The notes beneath the pieces were generated by a model, which saw only the letters and a program-made list of their open reading frames with translations, made no database searches and was not told where the DNA came from. DNA of 64,000 nt from an uncultured Verrucomicrobiae bacterium (GTDB lineage Bacteria; Verrucomicrobiota; Verrucomicrobiia; Chthoniobacterales; Chthoniobacteraceae): positions 2,844,368 to 2,908,367 of the forward strand of contig OY970277.1 in NCBI GenBank assembly GCA_963715805.1, given 5' to 3'. Shown here one piece after another: positions 1 to 10,094 of this stretch; the stretch's first letter is position 1, and each line of letters starts with the position of its first letter. A program made the translations under genes and the position numbers.

Positions 1-120
1 GGGCCAGGGCGAAGGCAAAGGTCAGGGTGAAGGCAAAGGCCAGGGTGAAGGCAAAGGCCAGGGCGAAGGCAAGGGCCAGGGTGAAGGCAAGGGCAAGGGG
101 CAGGGCTCGGGTTCGGGCGG
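1..120 (+). repeat. 18-bp in-frame tandem repeat (about 5.5 units) encoding GQGEGK
   Basis: ggccagggcgaaggcaaag iterated with synonymous variation; in frame with the partial ORF that runs to 724. Confidence 0.8.
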
Positions 121-724
121 CGACGGCGGCAGCAGCGAGTCGGCGGAAAACTCCGGAACTCACGGCAAGCCGCACCCGCCCTCCGAGGTCCTCGGCAAAC
201 TGACCGCGCCGCAGCCGACCTATGATGGCGGCGAGACGGGCCACGGACGCGTGATCAAGCCCAAGAGCGGCGACCGCGCGCTGGATTACAGCGGGCCCGA
301 CCGCACGAGCGCGGCGGATTCGATGCGGATGAAAGAGGAATTTGGCGAGGAATTGATCCAAGAGGTGAGCGAAGCGGCGCAGGATGCCGCCGCCGTCCTT
401 CCGGACTCGCCGGAGCTCGCGGAAGTGCGCGAGGCGGTGCGGACGGCAGCCGTGGCGCCCAAAGAGAAACTCCCTGAGCTCTTCACACAGATGAATCCGG
501 GGCTGGAAGGCGTCATCAAGCTCCTGCGTTCGAAGATCGCTTCGTCGCAGCGCCAATACCGGCTCACCGACCAGAGCCTCGATCTCGCCCCGCCCGCGTA
601 CCGTCCTGCGGTGGCGGATTACTTCGAGCAGCTCTCGCGCGACTACGAGGCCGCGGCCGCGCCGCCCGCCGCGCCGGAAGCGACCCCCGCGCCCGCCGTG
701 ACGCCCGAGCCGGAGAAGAAATGA
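2..724 (+). CDS. hypothetical protein, C-terminal fragment (5' end outside window); GQGEGK low-complexity repeats then acidic/Pro-rich tail
   Basis: Open frame from window start continuous with track ORF 251..724; stop TGA overlaps next ATG (ATGA). Confidence 0.5.
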   Translation, partial: GQGEGKGQGEGKGQGEGKGQGEGKGQGEGKGKGQGSGSGGDGGSSESAENSGTHGKPHPPSEVLGKLTAPQPTYDGGETGHGRVIKPKSGDRALDYSGPDRTSAADSMRMKEEFGEELIQEVSEAAQDAAAVLPDSPELAEVREAVRTAAVAPKEKLPELFTQMNPGLEGVIKLLRSKIASSQRQYRLTDQSLDLAPPAYRPAVADYFEQLSRDYEAAAAPPAAPEATPAPAVTPEPEKK

Positions 725-3003
725 CCGAGACTCTGGAGTGGCAGTTTGGGGGCTGGCTGCGCACGCTTCCGCCGGCCGCCGCCTGGTGCGTCCTGGCGGT
801 TCTCGCGGCGGCGGGGCTGGTATTCGTCGTCCGGCTGTACCGGCGGACATTGCGCGCGCTTCCGCCCGCGGCGCGCTGGAGCCTCACCCTTTTCCGGGCG
901 GCGATCGTGCTCGCCGTGTTGCTCTGCCTGGCCGATCCCGCCCGGGTCGCGCGCAGCCGGCCGGATCATTCCGCGCAGGATACCCTCGCGGTGCTGGTGG
1001 ATCGCTCCGGGAGCATGACGGGCGCGGATTACCGCGGCGCGACCCGGCTCGCGAGCGCGGTGCGGACGTGGAAAGAGCACGAAGGCGAGGCCGCGGCCGC
1101 TTTCCCGAAGATCACCTATCAGCGGTTCGCCGTGGACGTCAAAGCCGCGAAGAGCATGGACGAGGCCCTGAACGCCCCCGGGCCCGGCCCCGAGACGCAC
1201 CTGTATTCGGCGCTGGAAAAGACGCTCGCGACCGGGCCGAGGGCCATCGTTTGCCTGACGGACGGGCTGGACACGACCGCGGACGCCGCCGCACCGCTCG
1301 TTGAGGAGGCGCAGCGGCAAGGGGTCTGCATCTATTTTGTCTCCGGTAGCAACCGCGCGCGGGCCGGCGAGCTGGTGGACATCCGCGAAGTGAAGGCGCC
1401 GCCGCGCGTCCTGCGCCGCACGCAGTTCGCGGCCGGGGCGTTGCTCGAGGTGAGCGCGCTCGAGGCGCGCGAACTGCCGGTCGAGCTCTGGAGCGGCGCG
1501 AAAAAGCTCGCCTCCACGCGGCTGCAGTTGCGGCCCGGGCTGAATACGCTGCCGTGGACGGTGCCGGTGACCGCGGGGGAGCCGGGTCCGATGCCCCTCG
1601 AGTTCCGGGTGGGGGAAGGCGAGCAGCAGCAGACGGCGGCCTGCACCACGCAGGTGACCGACCAGACCAAGGTGGAGGTGCTTTACTACCAGGGCGCGTT
1701 GCAGTGGGGCTACAGCTACCTGCGCTCCGCGCTGGAGACGGATGCCAGTTTTCACATGACGGCGATCCTGAATCCGGCCCTGCGCGTGCGCCTGACCGAA
1801 ACCGAGGAAGGCCACGCGGCGCTCGATGACCTGCCGGGCACCGCGACCGAGTTGAAGCGCTTCCAGATCATCGTGCTCGCGCACGCTTTCGTGGACCAGT
1901 TCACGCCCGAACAGCAGCGCGCCCTGCTCGAATATGTGCGCGGCGGCGGCGCGGTGCTCTTCATCTCGCCGGACGATCAAGCCGCCGCGCGTTACGCGGG
2001 CACGGACATCGAGAAGATGCTCCCCGTCGTCTTCGAACCGGCGGCGCCGGAGGATGACCAGGCGGAGGCCGAACAGCGTTTCCGCGAGCAGATGATGGAC
2101 GCCCGCCAGCTCGGCGAAACCAGCGACGGCAACATCCGCAACGAGCGCCATGCGGACCTTCCCCGCCTCCGGCCCTTCGCGGTGCCGCCCGGCGCGGACC
2201 GGTCGGCGACCACCGCGATCTTCGAGGGACGTGACCGGGCGAGCCTGCCGATGTTTTGCCGATACGCGAAGGTGCGCGGCGCGAAGCCGGGCGCGAGCAT
2301 CCTTTCGATCAGCAGCGAGGACGAGGAGGGCACTCCGCCGCAGATCCTGCTCGCGCGCCAGCAGTTCGGCGACGGTTTCGCCGCGGCGTTGACGACCGAT
2401 CTCCTCTGGCGCTGGAAGATGTCGCTGCCGAGCCGAAGCCACGCCGTGGAAAAATTCTGGCAGCAGCTCCTCCTCTCGCTCGCGCCGGCGACCGGCGCCG
2501 GCCTGCGCCTCGTGAAGCTGACCGAGTCGGCCGCGAACCACACGCCCGTCCAGTTTCGGATCGATGCCTCCAGCGCCGGCGGTGCGCCCACCGCCGAGAC
2601 CGTGTCGCCCACCGGGGAGCACAAGCCGCTCGATCTCCAGAAGACCTCCGATGCGGGTGGCTGGACCGCCAGCTTTACGCCGGGCGCGCCGGGGCATTGG
2701 GAAGTGCGCGCGACCGACCCGGCCCGGAACCTGTCCCGCCTGACGTTTCCCGTGACGGAGAAAGCGATGACGACCGAGACGTTGAACCTCCCGCCGGACC
2801 TGGAAGGGATGCGGCGGCTGGCCGAAAGCACGGGCGGGGCGTTGATAGGGGACGAGCCCGTTTTTGAGAAAAGCGCCGTCACGGAGGGCGCCCCGCAGTT
2901 GCAGTCCGTCCAGCCCATGTGGCATTCGAGCTGGCTGCTGGGGTTGCTCCTCGGTCTCTACGGCACGGAGCTCGTCGTGCGGCGCTTCTTTCGCCTCCTA
3001 TGA
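721..3003 (+). CDS. BatA-like membrane protein: N-terminal double-TM, vWA domain (MIDAS DRSGSM), glutamine-amidotransferase-like (DUF1355-like) region, C-terminal TM
   Basis: 760-aa ORF; motifs LAVLVDRSGSM, IIVLAHAFVDQFTPEQQRALLEYVRGGGAVLFI; architecture typical of Bat aerotolerance-type operons. Confidence 0.7.
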   Translation: MTETLEWQFGGWLRTLPPAAAWCVLAVLAAAGLVFVVRLYRRTLRALPPAARWSLTLFRAAIVLAVLLCLADPARVARSRPDHSAQDTLAVLVDRSGSMTGADYRGATRLASAVRTWKEHEGEAAAAFPKITYQRFAVDVKAAKSMDEALNAPGPGPETHLYSALEKTLATGPRAIVCLTDGLDTTADAAAPLVEEAQRQGVCIYFVSGSNRARAGELVDIREVKAPPRVLRRTQFAAGALLEVSALEARELPVELWSGAKKLASTRLQLRPGLNTLPWTVPVTAGEPGPMPLEFRVGEGEQQQTAACTTQVTDQTKVEVLYYQGALQWGYSYLRSALETDASFHMTAILNPALRVRLTETEEGHAALDDLPGTATELKRFQIIVLAHAFVDQFTPEQQRALLEYVRGGGAVLFISPDDQAAARYAGTDIEKMLPVVFEPAAPEDDQAEAEQRFREQMMDARQLGETSDGNIRNERHADLPRLRPFAVPPGADRSATTAIFEGRDRASLPMFCRYAKVRGAKPGASILSISSEDEEGTPPQILLARQQFGDGFAAALTTDLLWRWKMSLPSRSHAVEKFWQQLLLSLAPATGAGLRLVKLTESAANHTPVQFRIDASSAGGAPTAETVSPTGEHKPLDLQKTSDAGGWTASFTPGAPGHWEVRATDPARNLSRLTFPVTEKAMTTETLNLPPDLEGMRRLAESTGGALIGDEPVFEKSAVTEGAPQLQSVQPMWHSSWLLGLLLGLYGTELVVRRFFRLL

Positions 3004-3713
3004 AAAAGCCCGCCTCCCTCTTCCTTTTCATCCTGCTCTCTTGCACGGTGCTCGCCCCGGCCGCGGGTGTCGATGAACTCCGCGGGGAACGTGTCGGATG
3101 GGCGCGCCTGAAAACCGCGAGCCTGCACTGGATGCGGCATGCGCGGGGCGACCCGGAGCTGATGCAGTTCCTGCGGGAGAACAGCAGCCTGAACATCGAC
3201 CCGACCTGGTATGCGGCCGATTGCGAGAAGCTCTCGGAGATGTGCGCCTACCCGATGCTCTTTTCGCAAAGCGTCTCCGTCATCCACGACGCGGCGGGCC
3301 GCAACAACGTCGCCGAATACATGCGCCGCGGAGGGTTCCTCCTCGTGGACGCGTGCATCAACGCCTTCATCAACCCCGACCCCGATCTTTTCCTGGTGCA
3401 GCAGAAGCTCTTCTTTGCCGAGGCGCTCCCGGAGGCGCACATCGTCGCGCTGCCCGAGAACCACGAGATCTACCGCTGCTTTTTCAAGATCCCCGACGGC
3501 AAACCGCCGCACACCTTCTCCGACAACGAATACGACGAAGCCTGGGCCAAGCACGGCCTGTATGGGGTGTACATCGGCTCGCGCATGGTCGGAATCATCA
3601 GCCTCAGCGGCCTCCAATGCGGCTGGGACCGGATGATCGCCCCGCCCGGCCACAACATCGCATGCATGAGGATGATGGTGAACATCTACCTCTATGCGAT
3701 GCTCCGGCATTGA
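3000..3713 (+). CDS. secreted DUF4159-like protein
   Basis: ATG overlaps upstream stop (ATGA); signal peptide MKKPASLFLFILLSCTVLAPAAG; family usually follows BatA-like genes. Confidence 0.55.
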   Translation: MKKPASLFLFILLSCTVLAPAAGVDELRGERVGWARLKTASLHWMRHARGDPELMQFLRENSSLNIDPTWYAADCEKLSEMCAYPMLFSQSVSVIHDAAGRNNVAEYMRRGGFLLVDACINAFINPDPDLFLVQQKLFFAEALPEAHIVALPENHEIYRCFFKIPDGKPPHTFSDNEYDEAWAKHGLYGVYIGSRMVGIISLSGLQCGWDRMIAPPGHNIACMRMMVNIYLYAMLRH

Positions 3714-3804
3714 CCGGCGGGGGGGTGGAGATCGGAGAGCGTTGATGGCCGCTTCGTGGAGAGCAGCCCCTTGGGAATCCGGAATCATGCGGTTTCCCAG
3801 GAAC

Positions 3805-3888
3805 TACCGGCGGAGGGGGTCGAACCCACACACTCTTGCGAGTACTGGATTTTGAGTCCAGCGCGTCTGCCAATTCCGCCACGCCGGC
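3805..3888 (-). tRNA. tRNA-Leu (anticodon CAA), type II with long variable arm; CCA not encoded
   Basis: Reverse complement reads GCCGGCGTGGCGGAATTGGCAGACGCGCTGGACTCAAAATCCAG...GGGTTCGACCCCCTCCGCCGGTA; D-arm GCGGAATTGG like E. coli tRNA-Leu; anticodon loop CTCAAAA. Confidence 0.8.
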
Positions 3889-3993
3889 GTATCTGACTAC
3901 CAGCCACTTACGAAGCAACCGAATGCTTCAACTTTTTGTTCTACTTTGACCGCGCGCAAGCGCATGAAACGGCCACTCATCCGGAAGTTCATG

Positions 3994-4452
3994 CCCCCGG
4001 CAAAGCCGAACCCAAAGCCAAACATCGGTATTCGTTTACCATCGTTGAGGATTCCCGTAAACGGAAAGTTCGTGGGCTGTCGCGACCCCGGTGCGAAACT
4101 CTACACGCAGACGCGGGTCCCGGGGAGCCAAGCGGCGCGAAAGATCCCCTGGAAGTTCGCAACTCTGGTGGCCGCCCGGGCCCAGACTTGGCTCAAAGGC
4201 TGCTCTTATTGGCGTTTGACGAAGCCAGCGTGATCTTATCGCGCTTACCGGACGAACCCGGAAATCCGTTGCCCCCAAGAAACCGTTCGCTATCCTCCAG
4301 GTCCTATGAACGTCCCAGGGACCGATGGTAACCCGCAAACGTTCCTCATAGGCGCCATCGACGGTGAAGGAGCGGCCCCGAGCTTGTAACCGCGGCCCTG
4401 GATGTCCTCGACGCCATCTCGAGCGCCTGTCCCCCCCCCGAGATTGCCAGTG
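3994..4452 (+). repeat. 459-bp direct repeat copy 1 (about 95% identical to 10095..10553): ~330-nt conserved leader plus first ~35 codons of an IMDH/IDH-family gene; ends at a 9-C homopolymer
   Basis: Direct comparison ccccggcaaagccgaacccaaagccaaaca...gatgtcctcgacgcc.tctcgagcgcc; after the repeat copy 1 continues as ccccccccc and diverges. Confidence 0.9.
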
Positions 4453-4759
4453 GAACTCCCCCAAGATCGGCACCCAGAGCAGGCCATTGAGAAAAAAGGA
4501 GCGGCTGTCCGCGGTGAGCGCCTGACCCTGGGTATTCGTCGTCGTCCCCGGAGCCGACGGAGCCGCGGCCGGCGAAGGAACCCGCGGGGTCGGGTCGATC
4601 TCCAGCGGGGCGGCCAAAGCCGAGATGAAAGCGGTCGCGAAGAGAATCGCCGGCGGAAAGATTCTTCTGAGGAACAGGGTTGTCATTCTGGGGATGATGG
4701 ACGCCGCCGGGCGAACCATCACCGTAGCTTAGGCGGGCGCGGCGGAACGGCAACCGAAT

Positions 4760-4910
4760 CCCCGAAAAACGCACATTCATAACCATATTTGGCACATGAT
4801 AAAAATCGTCAACGCCAGAAAATACGATAACTTGTGCGACGACGATGGGCTGGCAGAGCCAAGGCAACCGTCATAAATCACCTGGACGCGGACTAAAATA
4901 GCATGATAAA
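4760..4910 (+). promoter_or_regulatory. AT-rich putative promoter region upstream of the PEP-CTERM gene; contains TGGCAC (sigma-54 -24-like) without a convincing -12 TTGC
   Basis: Local AT-richness in a high-GC genome; ttggcacatgataaaaatcg. Confidence 0.25.
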
Positions 4911-5015
4911 CAGATGGACGATCTGCTAAAACGTCCGCCACTTTTGACCCCCATCATCGCCCAAAATCCCCCAATAAACATTGCCGCGGCGTTGCTCGAA
5001 GCACCCACGAACCTC

Positions 5016-8000
5016 ATGAACTCATTCTCCGCCACCCAATCCCTCGTCAAAACCGTCTTCGCGAAGTTTGCCCCCGTCGCGCTCGTCCTTCTCTGCTTTG
5101 CGCAATCCGCGAAAGCGAACACGCAGGATACCGTCGTCAGCGGCTCGACGGATCTTAGCCAGCCCGGCACCTACTCGGGCGGTGCGCCCACCAGTTCGAG
5201 CGACGTCACTTTCTCGGGCGCCTATTCGCCCGCGACGTTTAACTTGGGTGCCACGCCTGGGTTCAACCTGAACATCGGCACGCTGGATGACGCTTCAACC
5301 ACGGCCCTGACCATCAGCGGCACGACCGCCCAGACTTCCGGCACCATCACCCTGAATGGCGGCACGAACTCGGACACGAGCCTCGGCGCGGCCGCCTTCG
5401 ACCTTCTTTTTGTCGGTAGCGGCGGCAATCTTACGATTGCGAACGGCACCGGCGCGGTGACCTTGGCCACCGTCAACAGCGGCAACATCGATGACGCTGG
5501 AACCTTGGTCATCTCCGGCTCGCTTTCCATCGGGGCGGCCAAGGCGCTTACCTTTACCGGGGCTGGCGCCACCACCCTCGGCGGCAACATCGCGGCCACC
5601 ACGGGCACATTCGTGGTGAACGACGCCGGCGGCTCCGTCACGCTCACGGGCACGGACAACGCCACGGGGGGTGTGACAGTCAGCGGCGGAACCTTGAACA
5701 TCGGCGGCGGCGGCGCAACCGGGTCGATTGTCTCGACCAATGCTCTAACGCTCAACGGCGGCGCGTTGAGCTACACCGTCATCAACAGCGGAACGCAGAC
5801 CTTTGTCAGCACGGCCCTCAATGCCGGCGGGGCGACTGTGACAGCCTCCACCGGCGATACCATTCAGCTTGGGACGATTACGCGGGCGGCGGGCGGAACG
5901 ATCAATTTCGGGACCACCGGTTCCGTTACGACGCCCAACACGAACTCGAACGGCATCCTCGGCGGCTGGGCCACTTACGGGGCCGGCACGAGCACGGTGT
6001 TCGCCGTCAGTGGCCAATCCGCGGGGGCGGCTGTCACCGGCCTCAGCAGCTACAGCCAGGCGCTGACGGTCGCCGGAGATACGAACACCGCCCACAACGA
6101 CAGCCTCGGCGCATCGCTGACTCTAGGCGTCAGCACCAATCCGACGATCAACACCCTGACCATTAACGACACGACCAACGGTGATACCCTCGCTCTTGGA
6201 GCCAATAACCTCACATTCACCGCGGGCGGTGGCTTGTTGTACAGCGGCAATCAGAACTACAATATCACCGGCTCGGGCGTCATCGGCGCTCCCACCAACA
6301 CGGGTGAAACAATCATCACCGTCAGCGGGACTGGAGCCCTGACCATCGGCACCCTGATTGGCTCATCCACCGCCACGGCTGCTTCGCTGACCAAGAGCGG
6401 CCCGGGCACGCTGATACTCTCCGGCGTAAATGTTTACACCGGCGGCACGGTCATCAATGGCGGCATTCTGCAATACACCAATATTGGCACTGCAAACGGC
6501 ACGAACAGCGGCGCATTCACCCTGGCCGGGGGCAACTTGCAGATCAATCAAGCGGCAAATAACTTCAGTTACAACCCTACGATCACGCTCACGGCTGATT
6601 CCACCTTGAGCAACATCGGCGCTGGTGCGGTCAACTACGGCGGCACGCTGACTGGCAACAATCATGCGCTGAACGTGAATACGGGGGCCTCGCGCCTTTT
6701 CATCAACAGCAGTGCTCTTACCGGCGTCACCCAGTTCAATGTGACGGCCGGCCAGCTGGGAACCGCCACCGATTCCGGAAACCAACTCAACGGCGCTCCG
6801 GTGGTCGTTTCAAATGGCGCAACTTTCGATCTCTATAACGGAGGGTCGACCGCGAAAACCGCCTCCAACAATATCACCTTGAACGGTGGCACTGGCTTGG
6901 GGGGCGTCGGGGCTCTGTACCGGGAGACTGGTGGCTCGGGGACTATCACCGAGTCCGGGGCCGTAACCCTCAACAGCACGAGCAGCATTGGCGTCGCAAG
7001 CGCCGGCCCTCTTGTGCTCTCGGGCAACGTCACCGGCGCTGGCGGGCTGACGAAGATTGGCGCCGGCACATTGACGCTCAGTGGAAACGACACCTATTCA
7101 GGCCAGACCACGATCCTGAGTGGCACGCTCAGCGAGACGGGGGGATCGATCGGCTCCACGACGCTGAATGTCGGCGCCGGCACGTTTGCCTATTCGAAGA
7201 CAGGCGGCACGCAGAGTTTCACGACCACGAACCTTACCTCCGGCGCGGTGATTAATAACACCATCGCATCCACTACCCTCAACCTCGGAACTCTGAGCGC
7301 CCCAGTCGGCACCGCTGTTGATTTCACCACCCTTACCGGAGCGGTGACCACCATAACCGCCAACACCGGCACCACCATCCTCGGCGGCTGGGCCACGACC
7401 GGCGGTGGCGCGAACTGGGCGGTCAGCGCGGGCAATGGATCGACGGCAGGGGCCATCACGGCGCTGGGCAGCTACACGAATGATACCTGGGCGGCTGGAA
7501 ATAACACGACCGTGACCCTGGCGACGAACACCGCGTACAACAATGTCACCACCGACAGCTTGCGCTTCAATAGCGCCGCCGCTGATACCGTCACGCTTTC
7601 CGGCACAGACGTTATCACCACCGGCGGCATCCTCGTCACCCCGACGGTCGGCAACAACCTCTCGCAGATCACTGGCGGGACGCTCGAAGGTTCCTCCGGC
7701 GGGGAACTGGTGGTCAATGAGTGGGACGCAAGCAACCAGCTGACCATCGCATCGATCATCGCGGACAATACCACCGCGACCGCGCTTACCAAGGCGGGTC
7801 CGGGGTTGCTGGTTCTTAGTGGACCCAACACTTACACTGGCGGCACGTATATTGATGGTGGCTCAGTGGTGGTGGGCGCGGATAGCAACCTCGGCGGCAA
7901 CGGCACCATCACCCTCAACGGTGGAACCTTGAGGCCGTCCGTCTCGATCCCGCTGGCGTCCGGGCATCTCTTGAGCATCGGCAGCGACGGCGGGACGATC

Positions 8001-9908
8001 AGCCCCACCGGCGGGAGTGGAAATTTCACCCTCGGAACCGCCAATCAACTGGGCGGCAGCGGCACGCTCACATTGTCCGGGCAGGGGACCGGCAACGACA
8101 TACTTAGCATTACGGCGACGCAGAGCAACTTTACCGGCAATATCTCGATCAGCAACGGCCGGCTTGGAGTGGATCCCACCACATTTGCCAGCTCGCCTCT
8201 GGGGAGCGGCACGATTACCATCAACTCCGGCGGCACTCTGAGAGCGTTCAATGGCGCGGGCTCCAGCCTACCGAATACCATTTACATCGCGGGGAACGGG
8301 GACGGTGTGGGCGCGATCCATAACAAGTTATCGGCCGCCAACCCGCTGACCTTCAGCGGCCCGGTGATCCTCACCGCGGCCGCCCAGGTCGGGAGCGACG
8401 CTGGCAGCACGACGAATTTCAGTGGCGGCATCTCCGGAGCGTTTACGCTGACGCTGAATAGTACTTCGAATGGCGCCGTGTTCGGGCTGAGTGGTGTCAA
8501 CACGCAGACGGGTCTCAGCTTCGCCGGGGGTAATACCGACACGCTCAAGCTCAGCGGCAACGGAACGCTCGGAGCGTCGAATGTTGCCTTTAGCTTCTCC
8601 TCGACGGCCGGGGTTGACACGCTGGATATGGGTTCCACGAGTCAGACGATCGGGACCATCGCAAATACTGGCACTATCCTCAATAACGGAGGCGGGACCA
8701 GTGTCCTGACAATCAACGGCGGCGGAACGACCTCAACAATCTTCAAGAACAACACCACCGGCACCGGCACGCTGGGATTGACGGTCGGCGGCGGCACGCT
8801 CGCCCTCGCCGGGGCCAACACCTACACCGGCGCGACAACCGTCGCCGCAGGAACCTTGCAAGCCGGTGTCGCCACCGTCGGCGGAGCCATCCCGACATCC
8901 GGCGCCTTTGGCGTGAATTCAGCCGTCTCCCTCTACGGCGGCGCGACGCTGGATTTGAAAGGGTTCAACGAAACCATCGGTTCGCTGTCCGACAACAGCG
9001 GTTCCGGCGGCACGGTCACCAGTTCCCTCAGCGGCAGCACGCCCACGCTGATTGTCGGTGGCCTGAACACCAGCACCTCGTTTGCCGGCGTCATCCAGAA
9101 CGGCTCGGGCACGGTCGGTCTAACTAAGATCGGCAGCGGCACGCTAACTCTGAACGGAACGAACAGCTACACCGGCGTGACCACGGTCACTTCCGGCACG
9201 CTGAACCTTACCAGGGCCGGGACGGCGGGGAACGGTGGCACCCTCAGCGCCTCGACCGCCCTGAACCTGACCGGAGGCACCCTGCTCCTGAGCGCCTCCA
9301 ACGCCATTGGCACCGCCTCAGCCGTGAACATGAACGCCGGCACCTACAGGGTGGCCAATGCTTCCTCCGAAGGTACCGCGCAGACCATCACGGGCGCCAC
9401 CTATAGCGGCGGAACGGCGAGCGGGGGCGGTACTGCCACTGGCGGCACCGCCACCCCGGGCTCAAACCCGAATGCCCAGGGGGTCGGCGGTCTGACCTTG
9501 AGCGGTAATTCCACCCTCGATTTCGGCTCAGGCAAGAGCACGCAGGTCTTCGGCGCCTTTGACCCGACGAACGGCGGGGCGAGCAACTACACCTTGAACA
9601 TCGCCAACTACACGACGACGACCACCAATATCCTCGTCGGCACCTCCGGCACGGATGGCAGCGATGACCGGCTCGTCTTTAACGAAGGCGGCGCCAACGG
9701 CGGGAACGGGTTGACCAGCGCGCAATTGGCCGACATCACCTTCGGCGGTGTGCAGGATGCCGGCCAGATCTTCTTGGGCAACGGCTACTACGAAGTCGGC
9801 GCAGTGCCCGAGCCGACGACCATCCTCGGCGGTCTCCTGCTGGTCGGTTTCCTCGGCTACCGCGAGCGGCGCCGGATGAAGGGCCTTGCCAGGCGGTTGT
9901 CCGCTTAG
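5016..9908 (+). CDS. giant surface protein with autotransporter-associated beta-strand (PATR-type) repeats and a C-terminal PEP-CTERM sorting signal (exosortase substrate)
   Basis: 1630 aa from the signal-peptide Met (MNSFSATQSLVKTVFAKFAPVALVLLCFAQSAKA); Gly/Thr/Ser-rich TLTLSGxNTYTGGT repeats; C-terminus VPEPTTILGGLLLVGFLGYRERRRMKG. Confidence 0.85.
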   Translation: MNSFSATQSLVKTVFAKFAPVALVLLCFAQSAKANTQDTVVSGSTDLSQPGTYSGGAPTSSSDVTFSGAYSPATFNLGATPGFNLNIGTLDDASTTALTISGTTAQTSGTITLNGGTNSDTSLGAAAFDLLFVGSGGNLTIANGTGAVTLATVNSGNIDDAGTLVISGSLSIGAAKALTFTGAGATTLGGNIAATTGTFVVNDAGGSVTLTGTDNATGGVTVSGGTLNIGGGGATGSIVSTNALTLNGGALSYTVINSGTQTFVSTALNAGGATVTASTGDTIQLGTITRAAGGTINFGTTGSVTTPNTNSNGILGGWATYGAGTSTVFAVSGQSAGAAVTGLSSYSQALTVAGDTNTAHNDSLGASLTLGVSTNPTINTLTINDTTNGDTLALGANNLTFTAGGGLLYSGNQNYNITGSGVIGAPTNTGETIITVSGTGALTIGTLIGSSTATAASLTKSGPGTLILSGVNVYTGGTVINGGILQYTNIGTANGTNSGAFTLAGGNLQINQAANNFSYNPTITLTADSTLSNIGAGAVNYGGTLTGNNHALNVNTGASRLFINSSALTGVTQFNVTAGQLGTATDSGNQLNGAPVVVSNGATFDLYNGGSTAKTASNNITLNGGTGLGGVGALYRETGGSGTITESGAVTLNSTSSIGVASAGPLVLSGNVTGAGGLTKIGAGTLTLSGNDTYSGQTTILSGTLSETGGSIGSTTLNVGAGTFAYSKTGGTQSFTTTNLTSGAVINNTIASTTLNLGTLSAPVGTAVDFTTLTGAVTTITANTGTTILGGWATTGGGANWAVSAGNGSTAGAITALGSYTNDTWAAGNNTTVTLATNTAYNNVTTDSLRFNSAAADTVTLSGTDVITTGGILVTPTVGNNLSQITGGTLEGSSGGELVVNEWDASNQLTIASIIADNTTATALTKAGPGLLVLSGPNTYTGGTYIDGGSVVVGADSNLGGNGTITLNGGTLRPSVSIPLASGHLLSIGSDGGTISPTGGSGNFTLGTANQLGGSGTLTLSGQGTGNDILSITATQSNFTGNISISNGRLGVDPTTFASSPLGSGTITINSGGTLRAFNGAGSSLPNTIYIAGNGDGVGAIHNKLSAANPLTFSGPVILTAAAQVGSDAGSTTNFSGGISGAFTLTLNSTSNGAVFGLSGVNTQTGLSFAGGNTDTLKLSGNGTLGASNVAFSFSSTAGVDTLDMGSTSQTIGTIANTGTILNNGGGTSVLTINGGGTTSTIFKNNTTGTGTLGLTVGGGTLALAGANTYTGATTVAAGTLQAGVATVGGAIPTSGAFGVNSAVSLYGGATLDLKGFNETIGSLSDNSGSGGTVTSSLSGSTPTLIVGGLNTSTSFAGVIQNGSGTVGLTKIGSGTLTLNGTNSYTGVTTVTSGTLNLTRAGTAGNGGTLSASTALNLTGGTLLLSASNAIGTASAVNMNAGTYRVANASSEGTAQTITGATYSGGTASGGGTATGGTATPGSNPNAQGVGGLTLSGNSTLDFGSGKSTQVFGAFDPTNGGASNYTLNIANYTTTTTNILVGTSGTDGSDDRLVFNEGGANGGNGLTSAQLADITFGGVQDAGQIFLGNGYYEVGAVPEPTTILGGLLLVGFLGYRERRRMKGLARRLSA

Positions 9909-10007
9909 GGGGGCCGCGTTCCCAGGCTGGTGGCGCTAAGCCATCTTGGGGCCGCTCTGCCTCCGGAGCCGGGGGGATGTCATGGAATGACAGGCGTCCT
10001 TCCCGAG

Positions 10008-10036
10008 GGGCGCGCCAAGTGTTTTGCGCCGCTCCG
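10008..10036 (+). terminator. possible weak intrinsic terminator downstream of the PEP-CTERM gene
   Basis: GGCGCgccaagtgttttGCGCC hairpin followed by a U-containing tail gctccgttgtgtgttc. Confidence 0.25.
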
Positions 10037-10094
10037 TTGTGTGTTCTACTTTGCAACCCTGCCAGCTCGAGGCTGATGGATGCTCGCGAGACAT

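Noticed and set aside
643-2925. 760-aa minus-strand ORF antisense to the BatA-like gene
   Set aside because: Arg/Ala/Gly-rich low-complexity translation typical of antisense ORFs in high-GC DNA; the + strand ORF has real domain motifs
3994-4452. The repeat looked like a structured ncRNA (RNase P RNA-like GGAAAGTTCGTGGGCTG resembles AGGAAAGTCCGGGCTCC; also tmRNA or group II intron considered)
   Set aside because: Beyond one short P4-like stretch there is no colinearity with RNase P, tmRNA or intron domain V. Two copies of RNase P would be implausible, and the 3' part of the repeat clearly encodes an IMDH-family N-terminus
4453-4722. Possible small secreted protein on the minus strand (MMVRPAASIIPRMTTLFLRRIFPPAILFATAFISALA...) in the unique DNA between repeat copy 1 and the adhesin promoter
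   Set aside because: Only about 90 aa are unique before the frame runs into the repeat, where copy 2 has no equivalent intact frame; no homology recognised. Left uncalled
4776-4800. Sigma-54 promoter upstream of the PEP-CTERM gene
   Set aside because: TGGCAC -24 element present but no TTGC(A/T) -12 element at the correct spacing; kept only as a low-confidence regulatory note
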